Source: Mytilus edulis
Lineage: Eukaryota
Direction: 5' to 3'
NCBI RefSeq assembly: GCF_963676685.1
Contig: NC_092352.1
Location: 21,204,001 to 21,268,000 of the forward strand
DNA length: 64,000 bases
Shown: one piece after another, positions 37,409-51,683 of the stretch
How positions within the stretch are numbered: position 1 is the first letter of the stretch
Layout of the letters: every line of letters starts with the position of its first letter
The notes under the pieces: generated by a model
The model's database searches: none
Seen by the model: only the letters and a program-made list of their open reading frames with translations
Told to the model about the DNA's origin: nothing
Translations under genes and position numbers: made by a program

Positions 37409-40400
37409 ATGACATTGACCTGTGAACACCATGACTTTGAAAGAAGGAATTAAGATAACATAAGATCTTCACGGTGCTAACCCAAGTGAAACTGATGAGT
37501 TGATATATTTTTATGTAAATGTTTTGTATGTTTGATGTGTACATGGATAAAATGTTATCTTAATTTTTTTCACTTACATACTCATACTCCCAACATATAC
37601 ACATTATGTACATTCTCACATAATCATTTATAATTATCGAAAATATGTTGAAACAGTATGAGATACCTGGCAGAAAAGGTAAAAAATTGATGTATGGATA
37701 TAAGAAATATAAAAAGCATTTTCATTCAAAAAATATATTTTTATGTTTAACCAAAAAAAAAACATAATATAATCTTTTATATAATACTGTATACTGTTTT
37801 TTTATGCTTCAAGATATTAATTATGTGCATTTTTGACATGTTTGTTAAATGTTTTAAGTGAATGTTTATACAATGTATTTACAATATATATATTTTTATA
37901 CAACTTTCTATAATAATTTGTGATAGTTACAAAAAGGGCATAATGCCATAAAATTGTCCTGATTACGGTATATAATGTTAACTACTTACTATGCAAAGCT
38001 ATATGAATATGTGCCATACAAATCAACATGTTATTAATTGTGGTGGGTCCCAGATTTTTAAAAAGGGGAGGCCAATAGGTGGATATCAAATTGTTTTTTT
38101 CAAAATGGACAGACCTAGACCTAGCTTGCTAAAATAAATTACAATTGGGTGTGCAATTTGAATGAATTGCAATAGGTGGAGATAAATTAACTCATCATAG
38201 ATAGCAACACTACCTATTTTTAAAAGTCACAGTAAATGTTTCCATATTTTATGTCAATGATATTCTATTTATCTTTTCAAACATTTGCTTATTGATGAAA
38301 TTTGATGTACAATGTACTGGTACTTAAATTGAAATAAAACAATTTTAATGTTAAATATTGTTTTCTGAAATTGAATTTCATGTAAAAATTATGTATACTT
38401 CTATGAAATAGTCCAAATACATAATAAATAATCAAACATTTAAAGTATTATTACTTTCTTTATTTTATGTTGGGTTTCAACATGAGTACTATAACAAATG
38501 AATATATGGTATGATTGCCAATGTTACAACTCTCCACAACAGACCAAATGACATAGGTCACTGTGCGGCCTTCAACAATGAGCACGAACTAATGTATACC
38601 ATGATGTACGTCTTCAGCATGAGTACTATAACAAATGAATATATGGTATGATTGCCAATGTGACAACTCTCCATAAGAGACCAAATGACATAGGTCACTG
38701 TGCGGCCTTTAACAATGAGCACTATGCATATGTTGATGTGTTTTAAGCATGAGTACTATGCATAGCTTGATATCTTTTTTAAGTATGAGTACTATGTAAA
38801 GGTTGATGCATGTTTTCAGCATGAGTACTATGTATACCATGATGTCTGTTTTCAACATGAGTACTATGTAAAGTTTGATGTCTGTTTTCAGCATGAGTAC
38901 TATGTATAGGATGAGGTCTGTTTTCAGTATGAGTACTACGCATAGGTTGATGTCTGTTTTCAGCATGAGTACTATGTATAGGATGAGGTCTGTTTTCAGC
39001 ATGAGTACTATGCATAGTTTGATGTCTGTTTTTAACATGAGTACTATATATACCATGATGTCTGTTTTCAGCATGAGTACTATGTATAGGATGATGTCTG
39101 TTTTCAGCATGAGTACTAGACATAGGTTGATGTCTGTTTTCAGCATGAGTACTATGTAAAGGATGATGTCTGTTTTCAGAATGAGTACTATGCATAGTTT
39201 GATGTCTGTTTTTAGTATGAGTACTATGCATAGTTTGATGTCTGTTTTCAGCATGAGTACTATGTATACCATGATGTCTGTTTTTAGCATGAGTACTATG
39301 TATACCATGATGTCTGTTTTTAGCATGAGTACTATGTATAGGATGGTGTCTGTTTTCAGCACGAGTAAAACAGACATCAGCATGAGTACTATGTAAAGGT
39401 TGATGTCAGTTTTTATCATGAGTACTATGTATAGGATGGTGTCTGTTTTCAGCATGAGTACTATGTATACCATGATGTCTGTTTTTAGCATGAGTACTAT
39501 GTATAGGATGGTGTCTGTTTTCAGCACGAGTAAAACAGACATCAGCATGAGTACTATGTATAGGTTGATGTCTGTTTTCAAAATGAGTACTATGTATACC
39601 ATGATGTCTGTTTTCAGCAAAAGTACTATGTATACCATGATGTCTGTTTTCAGCAAGAGTACTATGTATAGGTTGATGTCTGTTTTCAGCATGAGTACTA
39701 TGTATAGGTTGAGGTCTGTTTTCAGCATGAGTACTATGTATAGGATGAGGTCTGTTTTTAGCATGATAACTATGTATAGGATGAGGTCTGTTTTCAGCAT
39801 GAGTACTAGCATAGGTTGATGTCTGTTTTCAGCATGAGTACTATGCATAGTTTGATGTCTTTTTTCAGCATGAGTACTATAATAGGTTGATGTCTGTTTT
39901 CAGCATGAGTACTATGTATAGGATGAGATCTGTTTTCAGCATGAGTACTATGTATAGGATGATGTCTGTTTTAAGCATGAGTACTACGCATAGGTTGATG
40001 TCTGTTTTCAGCATTAGTACTATGTAAAGATGATGTCTGTTTTCAGCATGAGTACTATCAATAGGATGAGGTCTGTATTTATCATGAGTACTATGCATAG
40101 GTTGAGGTCTGTTTTCAGCATGAGTACTATGTAAAGGTTGGTGTCTGTTTTCAGCATGAGTACTATGTAAAGGTTGGTGTCTGTTTTCAGTATGAGTACT
40201 ATGTATACCATGATGTCTGTTTTCAGCATGAGTACTATGTATACCATGATGTCTGTTTTCAGCACGAGTACTATGTATAGGATTAGGTCTGTTTTTAACA
40301 TGAGTACATAGGATGATGTCTGTTTTTAGCATGAGTACTATGCATAGGTTGATGTCTTTTTTAAGTATGAGTAGTATGTAAAGGTTGATGTCTGTTTTCA

Positions 40401-43400
40401 ACATGAGTACTATGCATAGTTTGATGTGTTTTCAGCATGAGTACTATGCATAGATTGATATCTGTTTTAGTATTAGTACTATGTAAAGGTTGAGGTCTGT
40501 TTTCAACATGAGTACTATGTATCGGATGAGGTCTGTTTTCAACATGAGTACTATGTATAGGATGGTGTCTGTTTTCAGCATGGGTACAATACATAGGTTG
40601 ATGTCTGTTTTCAGCATGAGTACTATGTATACCATGATGTATGTTTTCAGCATGAGTACTAGACATAGGTTGATGTCTGTTTTCGATTTCTGTTTTCAGC
40701 ATGAGTAGTATACATAGTTTGGTGTATGTTTTCAGCATGAGTACTATGCATAAGATGCTGTCTGTTTTTAGTATGAGTACTATGCATAAGATGATGTCTG
40801 TTTTCAGCATGAGTACTATGTATAGGATGGTGTCTGTTTTCAGCATGAGTACTATGCATAGTTTGATGTATGTTTTTATCATGAGTACTATGTGTAGCTA
40901 TATAGGATGGTGTCTGTTTTCAGCATGAGTACCATGTAACGGATGAGGTCTGTTTTCAGCATGAGTACTATGCATAGGATGGTGTCTGTTTTTAGCATGA
41001 TTACTATGCATAGTTTGATGTATGTTTTCAGCATGAGTACTATGCATAGTTTGATGTATGTTTTTATCATGAGTACTATGTATAGGATGAGGTCTGTTTT
41101 CAGCATGAGTACTATGTATAGGATGAGGTCTGTTTTCAGCATGAGTACTATGTATAGGATGAGGTCTTTTTTCAGCATGAGTACTATGTATAGGTTGGTG
41201 TCTGTTTTCAGCATGAGTACTATGTAAAGATGATGTCTGTTTTCAGCATGAGTACTATCAATAGGATGAGGTCTGTATTTATCATGAGTTCTATGCATAG
41301 GTTGAGGTCTGTTTTCAGCATGAGTACTAACATAGGTTGATGTCTGTTTTCAGCATGAGTACTATGCATAGTTTGATGTCTTTTTTCAGCATGAGTACTA
41401 TAATAGGTTGATGTCTGTTTTCAGCATGAGTACTATGTATAGGATGAGATCTGTTTTCAGCATGAGTACTATGTATAGGATGATGTCTGTTTTAAGCATG
41501 AGTACTATGCATAGGTTGATGTCTGTTTTCAGCATGAGTACTATGTAAAGATGATGTCTGTTTTCAGCATGAGTACTATCAATAGGATGAGGTCTGTATT
41601 TATCATGAGTACTATGCATAGGTTGAGGTCTGTTTTCAGCATGAGTACTATGTAAAGGTTGGTGTCTGTTTTCAGCATGAGTACTATGTAAAGGTTGGTG
41701 TCTGTTTTCAGTATGAGTACTATGTATACCATGATGTCTGTTTTCAGCATGAGTACTATGTATACCATGATGTCTGTTTTCAGCACGAGTACTATGTATA
41801 GGATTAGGTCTGTTTTTAACATGAGTACATAGGATGATGTCTGTTTTTAGCATGAGTACTATGCATAGGTTGATGTCTTTTTTAAGTATGAGTAGTATGT
41901 AAAGGTTGATGTCTGTTTTCAACATGAGTACTATGCATAGTTTGATGTGTTTTCAGCATGAGTACTATGCATAGATTGATATCTGTTTTAGTATTAGTAC
42001 TATGTAAAGGTTGAGGTCTGTTTTCAACATGAGTACTATGTATCGGATGAGGTCTGTTTTCAACATGAGTCCTATGTATAGGATGGTGTCTGTTTTTAGC
42101 ATGGGTACAATACATAGGTTGATGTCTGTTTTCAGCATGAGTACTATGTATACCATGATGTATGTTTTCAGCATGAGTACTAGACATAGGTTGATGTCTG
42201 TTTTCGATTTCTGTTTTCAGCATGAGTAGTATACATAGTTTGGTGTATGTTTTCAGCATGAGTACTATGCATAAGATGCTGTCTGTTTTTAGTATGAGTA
42301 CTATGCATAAGATGATGTCTGTTTTCAGCATGAGTACTATGTATAGGATGGTGTCTGTTTTCAGCATGAGTACTATGCATAGTTTGATGTATGTTTTTAT
42401 CATGAGTACTATGTGTAGCTATATAGGATGGTGTCTGTTTTCAGCATGAGTACCATGTAACGGATGAGGTCTGTTTTCAGCATGAGTACTATGCATAGGA
42501 TGGTGTCTGTTTTTAGCATGATTACTATGCATAGTTTGATGTATGTTTTCAGCATGAGTACTATGCATAGTTTGATGTATGTTTTTATCATGAGTACTAT
42601 GTATAGGATGAGGTCTGTTTTCAGCATGAGTACTATGTATAGGATGAGGTCTGTTTTCAGCATTAGTACTATGTATAGGATGAGGTCTTTTTTCAGCATG
42701 AGTACTATGTATAGGTTGGTGTCTGTTTTCAGCATGAGTACTATGTATAGGTTGATGTCTGTTTTCAGCATGAGTACTATCAATAGGATGAGGTCTGTAT
42801 TTATCATGAGTACTATGCATAGGTTGAGGTCTGTTTTCAGCATGAGTACTAGCATAGGTTGATGTCTGTTTTCAGCATGAGTACTATGCATAGTTTGATG
42901 TCTTTTTTCAGCATGAGTACTATAATAGGTTGATGTCTGTTTTCAGCATGAGTACTATGTATAGGATGAGATCTGTTTTCAGCATGAGTACTATGTATAG
43001 GATGATGTCTGTTTTAAGCATGAGTACTATGCATAGGTTGATGTCTGTTTTCAGCATGAGTACTATGTAAAGATGATGTCTGTTTTCAGCATGAGTACTA
43101 TCAATAGAATGAGGTCTGTATTTATCATGAGTACTATGCATAGGTTGACGTCTGTTTTCAGCATGAGTACTATGTAAAGGTTGGTGTCTGTTTTCAGCAT
43201 GAGTACTATGTAAAGGTTGGTGTCTGTTTTCAGTATGAGTACTATGTATACCATGATGTCTGTTTTCAGCATGAGTACTATGTATACCATGATGTCTGTT
43301 TTCAGCACGAGTACTATGTATAGGATTGAGTAGTATGTAAAGGTTGATGTCTGTTTTCAACATGAGTACTATGCATAGTTTGATGTGTTTTCAGCATGAG

Positions 43401-44519
43401 TACTATGCATAGATTGATATCTGTTTTAGTATTAGTACTATGTAAAGGTTGAGGTCTGTTTTCAACATGAGTACTATGTATCGGATGAGGTCTGTTTTCA
43501 ACATGAGTACTATGTATAGGATGGTGTCTGTTTTCAGCATGGGTACAATACATAGGTTGATGTCTGTTTTCAGCATGAGTACTATGTATACCATGATGTA
43601 TGTTTTCAGCATGAGTACTAGACATAGGTTGATGTCTGTTTTCGATTTCTGTTTTCAGCATGAGTAGTATACATAGTTTGGTGTATGTTTTCAGCATGAG
43701 TACTATGCATAAGATGCTGTCTGTTTTTAGTATGAGTACTATGCATAAGATGATGTCTGTTTTCAGCATGAGTACTATGTATAGGATGGTGTCTGTTTTC
43801 AGCATGAGTACTATGCATAGTTTGATGTATGTTTTTATCATGAGTACTATGTGTAGCTATATAGGATGGTGTCTGTTTTCAGCATGAGTACCATGTAACG
43901 GATGAGGTCTGTTTTCAGCATGAGTACTATGCATAGGATGGTGTCTGTTTTTAGCATGATTACTATGCATAGTTTGATGTATGTTTTCAGCATGAGTACT
44001 ATGCATAGTTTGATGTATGTTTTTATCATGAGTACTATGTATAGGATGAGGTCTGTTTTCAGCATGAGTACTATGTATAGGATGAGGTCTGTTTTCAGCA
44101 TGAGTACTATGTATAGGATGAGGTCTTTTTTCAGCATGAGTACTATGTATAGGTTGGTGTCTGTTTTCAGCATGAGTACTATGTATAGGTTGATGTCTGT
44201 TTTCAGCATGAGTACTATGTATAGTTTGATGTATGTTTTCAGCATGAGTACTATGTGTAGCTATATAGGTTGATGTATGTTTTCTGCATGAGTACTATGT
44301 AAAGGATGAGGTCTGTTTCAACATCAGTACTATGTATAGGATGAGGTCTGTTTTCAACATGAGTACTATGTATAGGATAAGGTCTGTTCTAGCATGAATA
44401 CTAGAAATAGTTTGATGTATGTTGTCAGAATGTAGCTAAGTATGGGTTGATGTGTTTTCTGCATGAGTAATATGTATACCATAATGCATGTTTTCAGAAT
44501 GTGTACTATGTATACTTCA

Positions 44520-44785
44520 GGCGCCTGTAATCCAGTGGTTGTCGTTTGTTAATGTGTTAAATATTTGTTTTTTGTTCATTTTTTTATATAAATAAGGTCC
44601 TTAGTTTTCTCGTTTGAATTGTTTTACATTGTAATATCGTGCCTTTTATAGCTGACTATGCCGTATGGGCTTTGCTCATTGTTAAAGGCTGCACGGTGAC
44701 CTATAGTTGTTAATGTCTGTGTCATTTTGGTCTCTTGTGGACAGATGTCGCATTGGCAATCCTACCACATCTTTTTTTTTATATT
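44520..44785 (+). mobile_element. Retroelement-tail fragment embedded in the satellite (copy 1)
   Basis: GCCTGTAATCCAGTGGTTGTCGTTTG...CCACATCTTTTTTTTTATAT, homologous to 13757-14017. Confidence 0.75.
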
Positions 44786-46092
44786 TGTTGTCTGTTTTCA
44801 GTCCCTTTTCAGCATGAGTACTATGCATAGTTTGATGTATGTTGTCAGTATGAGTACAAGGCATAGTTTGATGTATGTTTTTAACATGAGTACTATGTAT
44901 AGGATGAGGTCTGTTTTCAGCATGAGTACTATGTTTAGGATGAGGTCTGTTTTCAGCATGAGTTCTATGTATACCATGATGTCTGTTTTCAGCACGAGTA
45001 CTATGTATAGGATGAGGTCTGTTTTTAACATGAGTACATTGGATGAGGTCTGTTTTTAGCATGAGTACTATGTATAGTTTGATGTATGTTTTCAGCATGA
45101 GTACTAAGCATAGTTTGATGTATATTTTCAGCATTAGTACTATGTATACCATTATGTCTATTTCAGAATGAGTACTATGCATAGGTTGATGTTTGCTTTC
45201 AGCATGAGTACTATGCATAGTTTGATGTGTTTTAAGCATGAGTACTATGCATAGGTTAAGGTATGTTTTCAGCATGAGTTCTTTGCATAGTTTGATGTGT
45301 TTTCAGCATGAGAACTATGCATAGATTGATGTCTGTTTTAGTATTAGTACTATGTAAAGGTTGAGGTCTGTTTTCAACATGAGTACTATGTATAGGATGG
45401 TGTCTGTTTTCAGCATGAGTACAATACATAGGTTGATGTCTGTTTTCAGCATGACTACTATGTATACCATGATGTATGTTTTCAGCATGAGTACAAGACA
45501 TAGGTTGATGTTTGTTTTCGATGTCTGTTTTCAGCATGAGTACTATGCATAGTTTGATGTATGTTTTTATCATGAGTACTATGTATAGGATGGTGTCTGT
45601 TTTCAGCATGAGTACCATGTATAGGATGAGGTCTGTTTTCAGCATGAATACTATGTATAGGATGAGGTCTGTTTTCAGCATGAGTACTATGTATAGTTTG
45701 AGGTCTGTTTTCAGCATGAGTACTATGCAAAGGATGAGATCTTTTTTCAGCATGAGTACTATGTATAGGTTGATGTATGTTTTCTGCATGAGTACTATGT
45801 AAAGGATGAAGTCTGTTTCAACATGAGTACTATGTATAGGATGAGGTCTGTTTTCAACATGTGTACTATGTATAGGATGAGGTCTGTTTTCAGCATGAGT
45901 ACTATGTATAGGTTGAGGTCTGTTTTCAACATGAGTACTATGTATAGGATGGTGTCTGTTTTCAGCATGAGTACTAGAAATAGGTTGATGTATGTTGTCA
46001 GAATGTAACTATGTATGGGTTGATGTGTTTTCTGCATGAGTAATATGTATACCATAATGCATGTTTTCCGCATGTGTACTATGTATACTTCG

Positions 46093-46358
46093 GGCGCCTG
46101 TAATCCAGTGGTTGTCGTTTGTTAATGTGTTAAATATTTGTTTTTTGTTCATTTTTTTATATAAATAAGGTCCTTAGTTTTCTCGTTTGAATTGTTTTAC
46201 ATTGTAATATCAGGCTTTTTATAGCTGACTATGCCGTATGGGCTTTGCTCATTGTTAAAGGCTGCACGGTGACCTATAGTTGTTAATGTCTGTGTCATTT
46301 TGGTCTCTTGTGGACAGTTGTCTCATTGGCAATCCTACCACATCTTTTTTTTTATATT
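46093..46358 (+). mobile_element. Retroelement-tail fragment embedded in the satellite (copy 2, duplicated with flanks)
   Basis: Near-identical to 44520-44785 at a 1573-bp offset, including the flanking satellite variants. Confidence 0.75.
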
Positions 46359-49300
46359 TGTTGTCTGTTTTCAGTCCCTATTCAGCATGAGTACTATGCA
46401 TAGTTTGATGTATGTTGTCAGTATGAGTACAAGGCATAGCTTGATGTATGTTTTTAACATGAGTACTATGTATAGGATGAGGTCTGTTTTCAGCATGAGT
46501 ACTATGTTTAGGATGAGGTCTGTTTTCAGCATGAGGTCTGTTTTCAGCATGAGTACTATGTATACCATGATGTCTGTTTTCAGCACGAGTACTATGTATA
46601 GGATGAGGTCTGTTTTTAACATGAGTACATAGGATGAGATCTGTTTTTAGCATGAGTACTATGTATAGGATGAGGTCTGTTTTTAGCATGAGTATTATGT
46701 ATAGGATGAGGTCTGTTTTTATCATGAGTACTATGTATGCGATAGTGTCTGTTTTCAGCATGAGTACTATGCATAGTTTGATGTTTGTTTTTAACATGAG
46801 TACTATGTATACCATGATGTCTGTTTTCAGCATGAGTACTATGTATACCATGATGTCTGTTTTCAACATGAGTACTATGTATAGGATGAGGTCTGTTTTC
46901 AGCATGAGTACTATGTATAGAATGAGGTCTGTTTTTAGCATGAGTATTATGTATAGGATGAGGTCTGTTTTTATCATGAGTACTATGTATGCGATAGTGT
47001 CTGTTTTCAGCATGAGTACTATGCATAGTTTGATGTCTGTTTTTAACATGAGTACTATGTATACCATGATGTCTGTTTTCAGCATGAGTACTATGCATAG
47101 TTTGATGCATGTTTTCAACATGAGTACTATGCATAGTTTGGTGTCTGTTTTCAGCATGAGTACTATGCATAGTTTGATGCATGTTTTCAACATGAGTACT
47201 ATGTATAGGATGGTGTCTGTTTTCAGCATGAGTACTATGTATATTTTGATGTCTGTTTTCAGCATGAGTACTATGCATAGTTTGATGCATGTTTTCAGTA
47301 TGAGTACTATGTATAGTTTGATGCATGTTTTCAGTATGAGTACTATGCATAGTTTGATGCATGTTTTCAGCATGAGTACTATGCATAGTTTGATGCATGT
47401 TTTCAGCATGAGTACTATGTATAGTTTGATGCATGTTTTTAGCATGAGTACTATGCATAGTTTGATGCATGTTTTTAGTATGAGTACTATGTATAGTTTG
47501 ATGCATGTTTTAGCATGAGTACTATGCATAGTTTGATGCATGTTTTTAGCATGAGTACTATGTATACCATGATGTCTGTTTTCAACATGAGTACTAGACA
47601 TAGGTTGATGTCAGTTTTTAGCATTAGTACTAGGCATAGGTTGATTTCTGTTTTTAGTATGAGTACATAATGTACTATGTTAATGTTTTCAGCAAGATTC
47701 ATTTCTGTACAGTGTGTAGGGAATAACAACTGCACTAATTATTCAAGTATATTATAAAAGTCATCATCTAAAAATAATGGATATAGAAAAACATCTCCAA
47801 ACAATTATCTTTCAAATGATCTGTGATTGTCAGGATCTTGGCAAGTCTTTCATGCTATGAAGAGCTCTTTTATACATGATGATTGCTTGAAACTTTTGTT
47901 GTATTTTTCTCAGTTATTACAAACCAGACCTTCTTGATTTTGCATACCATATATGCTTTAAAGCTATACTGTGTAAAACTTATTCATTTCTGTTTGCTGC
48001 ATACATTTACATGTGACGTCACTGTACCCAAATTACATGGATTACCCAATTTGCAAAAAAAAGGTTGAAAAATTGTTATTGGTTTTCTTAAAAGAGTCTA
48101 AACCACTAGTATTTTAATAATTTTGCCATTATGCACACATTCAGCATAGCTATTGAGGAACCAAATGAAAATTTTCCACAGAATCACTTTCCCTTGGTCA
48201 AGTTCACAGTTACCATTGTATGAACACAATAGCTATTGTTCTCTCTGGAGTTTATTCAATTGGAAATGTAAATTTCTTCTTGATAAATAGACTTAAGCAG
48301 AACAAAAACTTAACTGTTGAAGAGGGTATGTTGGATAGGGACAAAAAAATGGCATTTCAACAGGCCACTGACAGTACTCTCAATAGTTGTTGCAAGGGTT
48401 GTTAAACTGTAGATAGCCTGACTCACTGACTTATCAAAGTATCAGATTTAGCACTCTTTACATTTTTATTGAAGTCAACTGGATGCTTATGAAAAGACTA
48501 TGAACACCAATCAAGACTTTTTGCTACTAAATCAAAAAGCCATGTATTTTTTCAGACACTGTGGTCAGTATAGCCTCATTTTACTATTTGTATGCCCTGC
48601 CACTTCTAATTGACCCATTTTTACAGAATTACAACAGTTTGAATATGTTGAACGCAGGAAAGTTGAGAATTTCAAATATCCTAGAGCGGGTGATTATATA
48701 AAAACTGCGAAATATAATTTTATATTAAACTGGGACAAATAAACAATTGTCGACCACTAGTTGTTTTGAATTAGGTTTCTTTTGTCTTTGGTTGCTATGT
48801 TATTGACATTTAACCCACATCTTTTTTCAATAAAGTGAATATTTGTCTACCTATTTTGACTTCAAGAAAAGAAAACAATTCAGAACTAGATGTTGTATGA
48901 TATTCAGCAACAAACAACAACCACTGAATTATAGACTCCTGACTTTAGACAGGCACATATGGAATGTGGCAGGGTTAAACAAGATATATGAATAAGCTAT
49001 AAACACTACTTACAACAAAATAAACATGAATTAATGTATCCTATGCAGGAGAATAACAACTAAGTGTGTGACAATAATGATTTATTTTCGACATTGAATT
49101 ACATTTTCTAATTATTGATATAAAGACTACTTTGGCAGTGCTCAACACATTAAAATGAAGATCTAAAGCTTCTTAAACTGTCAAAAAATTTTGTATACAC
49201 ATAAATTATCAAGAACTATTGAAATATATTTATCATAACAAGAAAACAAAAAAATATACATAAAACATCTGAATATGAAAAATGTAGAAGCAAAACAAGC

Positions 49301-51041
49301 AATAATTATAAGATATAAAATCAGTATATTTTATAAAACAACAGAAACTGGTTAACGGTCAATAAAAAATAATTTTGAAAAACAAATAAACAAAAAAGGC
49401 AATATATTTAATATTTAAACAAACTTGAGCTTCATCAAGGCTACATTACCAATATTTGGTACATGTATTGAAACAATTGAATCACTTAATTGTGTTCTCT
49501 TTAATGTAAAGCTCTTTCCTGCATATGCAGCTATGTTTGCTGAAATTTGTGAATAAAAATCTTTCTTGTTAACGACCATTAAAAATATATAAATACTAAA
49601 TATTTAACAAAGCAACATACTCAAAAAAGGAAAAACAAAGAAAATGTCTGCATTTATTTCCTTCAGTTCTGTAAAAAACGACAATAAAGATTATTTGTAT
49701 GAACATATATGTTGCATGGCAATCATGGTAAAACCATGAAAGATCAGTCATAAGAAAAGTTTTTTACCAATTATGCCATAAACATGATCCTAATTCTGAT
49801 ATATAAAAAAAAAACACTTATAAAAGGCCCTTCATAAAGATCAATGCTAATTTTAACAAGAATGAAACTAATATAAATTTTGACAAGTTAATGCTCTACG
49901 TATTGCAAAATTCCATTTAACATAACATTTATTTACTTATTAAAAATGTTCATTAGGCAAATAACAAAATGAAAAATAATTCAATTGCAATAAATATCAT
50001 TAGTGAGGCATGTCACTTTTTTATATTTTACATGGAATTCATAAATATGAATTTTCATATAACCATGATTCAATGAATTTACACTCTCGATGATAACTGA
50101 TTTAAAAATAATCTTTTACTTTAGGTTTAATTGACTTTATCATTACCTAGGTAACCTAACTATTATAACCATAAAACAAAAATACCAAACTAATTTTAAT
50201 GTCAATTCATTATTACATAATTTATAGGACTCACAGTAATTTCATTGTATGCTCACAATATAAATAATGTAACACAACTGGCTAAATATTCATTGTTCCA
50301 GATATTAAAACCAATAACAATATATTACTGTACTGATGCAAAGTTAACCCATTACCCATAATTCATTGCATTTCCTACAGCAAATTATGATATTTGTGAT
50401 AATTTCAGACTGGGCAACTGCTTACTCATTTCACCAAAGTGCAGTAGTAATGCTTCAGTCATTCTTCTTACATAAACATCTTGACAAGGATTTTCTATAA
50501 ATCATGTCTTAAAATTACATCAAATAACAAAGACTTATAATGACAACAATTGTCTCAATATTCTTTAACAATATGCATGTTTTAATGTGATTAAAAGCAA
50601 TGCAGCTAATGCTACTTTCGTAAAACTTTACTGGGAAAATGGAGTAAACAAAATTGTGCTTGAAATATCCAATCCAGTATTTTCATTGGATGAATTCTGA
50701 GTTAGACAATCATATTCTAAATCTTTATGACTGCAATGTCTGATTCTAGGTTCTATATTTAAAAGCAACACAGATACATGCAGACTAGTAAATGTACTCA
50801 CAAAAATAATGTTTTATATATATATATATAAACAAGTCTAAATTGAAAACTACATATATATATATATATATATCTCATTAACAAAACATAAAGCTTATTT
50901 TAGTGAATAAACATAACAATGCTGACCACAATGCTGACCACAATGCTTTGACATGATTATTTAAGTCACCTCACATACATGAAAACTTCAGGATTTACCA
51001 TAAGCAGCAAAACTATACAAATGGAATTTAGAATTAAATTA

Positions 51042-51194
51042 TAAGAAATGACTGTAAAAAAATTTCTGTCTATTCGGAATAACATAAAAAATGTGGTGCA
51101 CACTGTTAAATAACCCGCTACACGCGTTATTCGGTGTGCACCATATTTTTCATGTTATTGCTTCATAGACAGAAAAAATATTAGTCATTCCTTA
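51042..51194. repeat. ~150-bp imperfect palindrome (fold-back MITE)
   Basis: TAAGAAATGACT..TTCTGTCTAT..AATAACAT..TGGTGCACAC / GTGTGCACCA..ATGTTATT..ATAGACAGAA..AGTCATTCCTTA. Confidence 0.75.
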
Positions 51195-51683
51195 AATAAA
51201 ACAATTTTGGTTTAAAATCAAATTCATGATTTTTTTTAGAAACAGTATAGAAACATGTGTTTCATATTCAACACTGCTAGAAGTTACATATTATCTGCAA
51301 ACTAATGACCCATGCCATAATATATTCTTTTCATTTATTATAAAAACCTTAAAATATTGTATTCAAAATTGAAAATTTTACTAATAACGTCTGATTTTAG
51401 GACAATTTCTTAAGCATTATTCAGCAGAAGAATATCCAGCAAATCACTACATAATACGACAAATAAACAATAGCTGATATCCAATTATATCAACACAAAT
51501 GTTTGGGTTTGACCCTGGTTTTACTGTGATGATCCAATGCAATGAACAACTTCCAACTTATATGCCTCGAGTCAGCTGACCATTTATAGAAGTCATGTGA
51601 TGTCTCTCACTCCTGCACAGCAAGCAACTGACTACCATACAAATAATGATGCTGCCTTTGTATAAATGTACAGAAACAGGTTT

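Larger units (their letters stand above)
38720..47670. repeat. ~9 kb satellite of 36-bp monomers with higher-order repeats
   Basis: Consensus TCTGTTTTCAGCATGAGTACTATGTATAGGATGATG (period 36, e.g. 38881 to 38917). Variant markers recur at ~1521-bp spacing. Confidence 0.97.

Noticed and set aside
38720-47670. CRISPR-like repeat/spacer appearance
   Set aside because: The variable parts are only 12 bp, mutually homologous and reused. There are no cas genes, and the context is eukaryotic and intron-containing.
38709-47735. Dozens of ORFs up to 407 aa (LMLKTDIILYIV / HSTHAENRHHPI / MRSVFSMSTMYR repeats)
   Set aside because: They follow from a 36-bp (multiple of 3) monomer lacking stops in several frames on both strands. 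There are frequent frame-breaking indels and no splice or start context.
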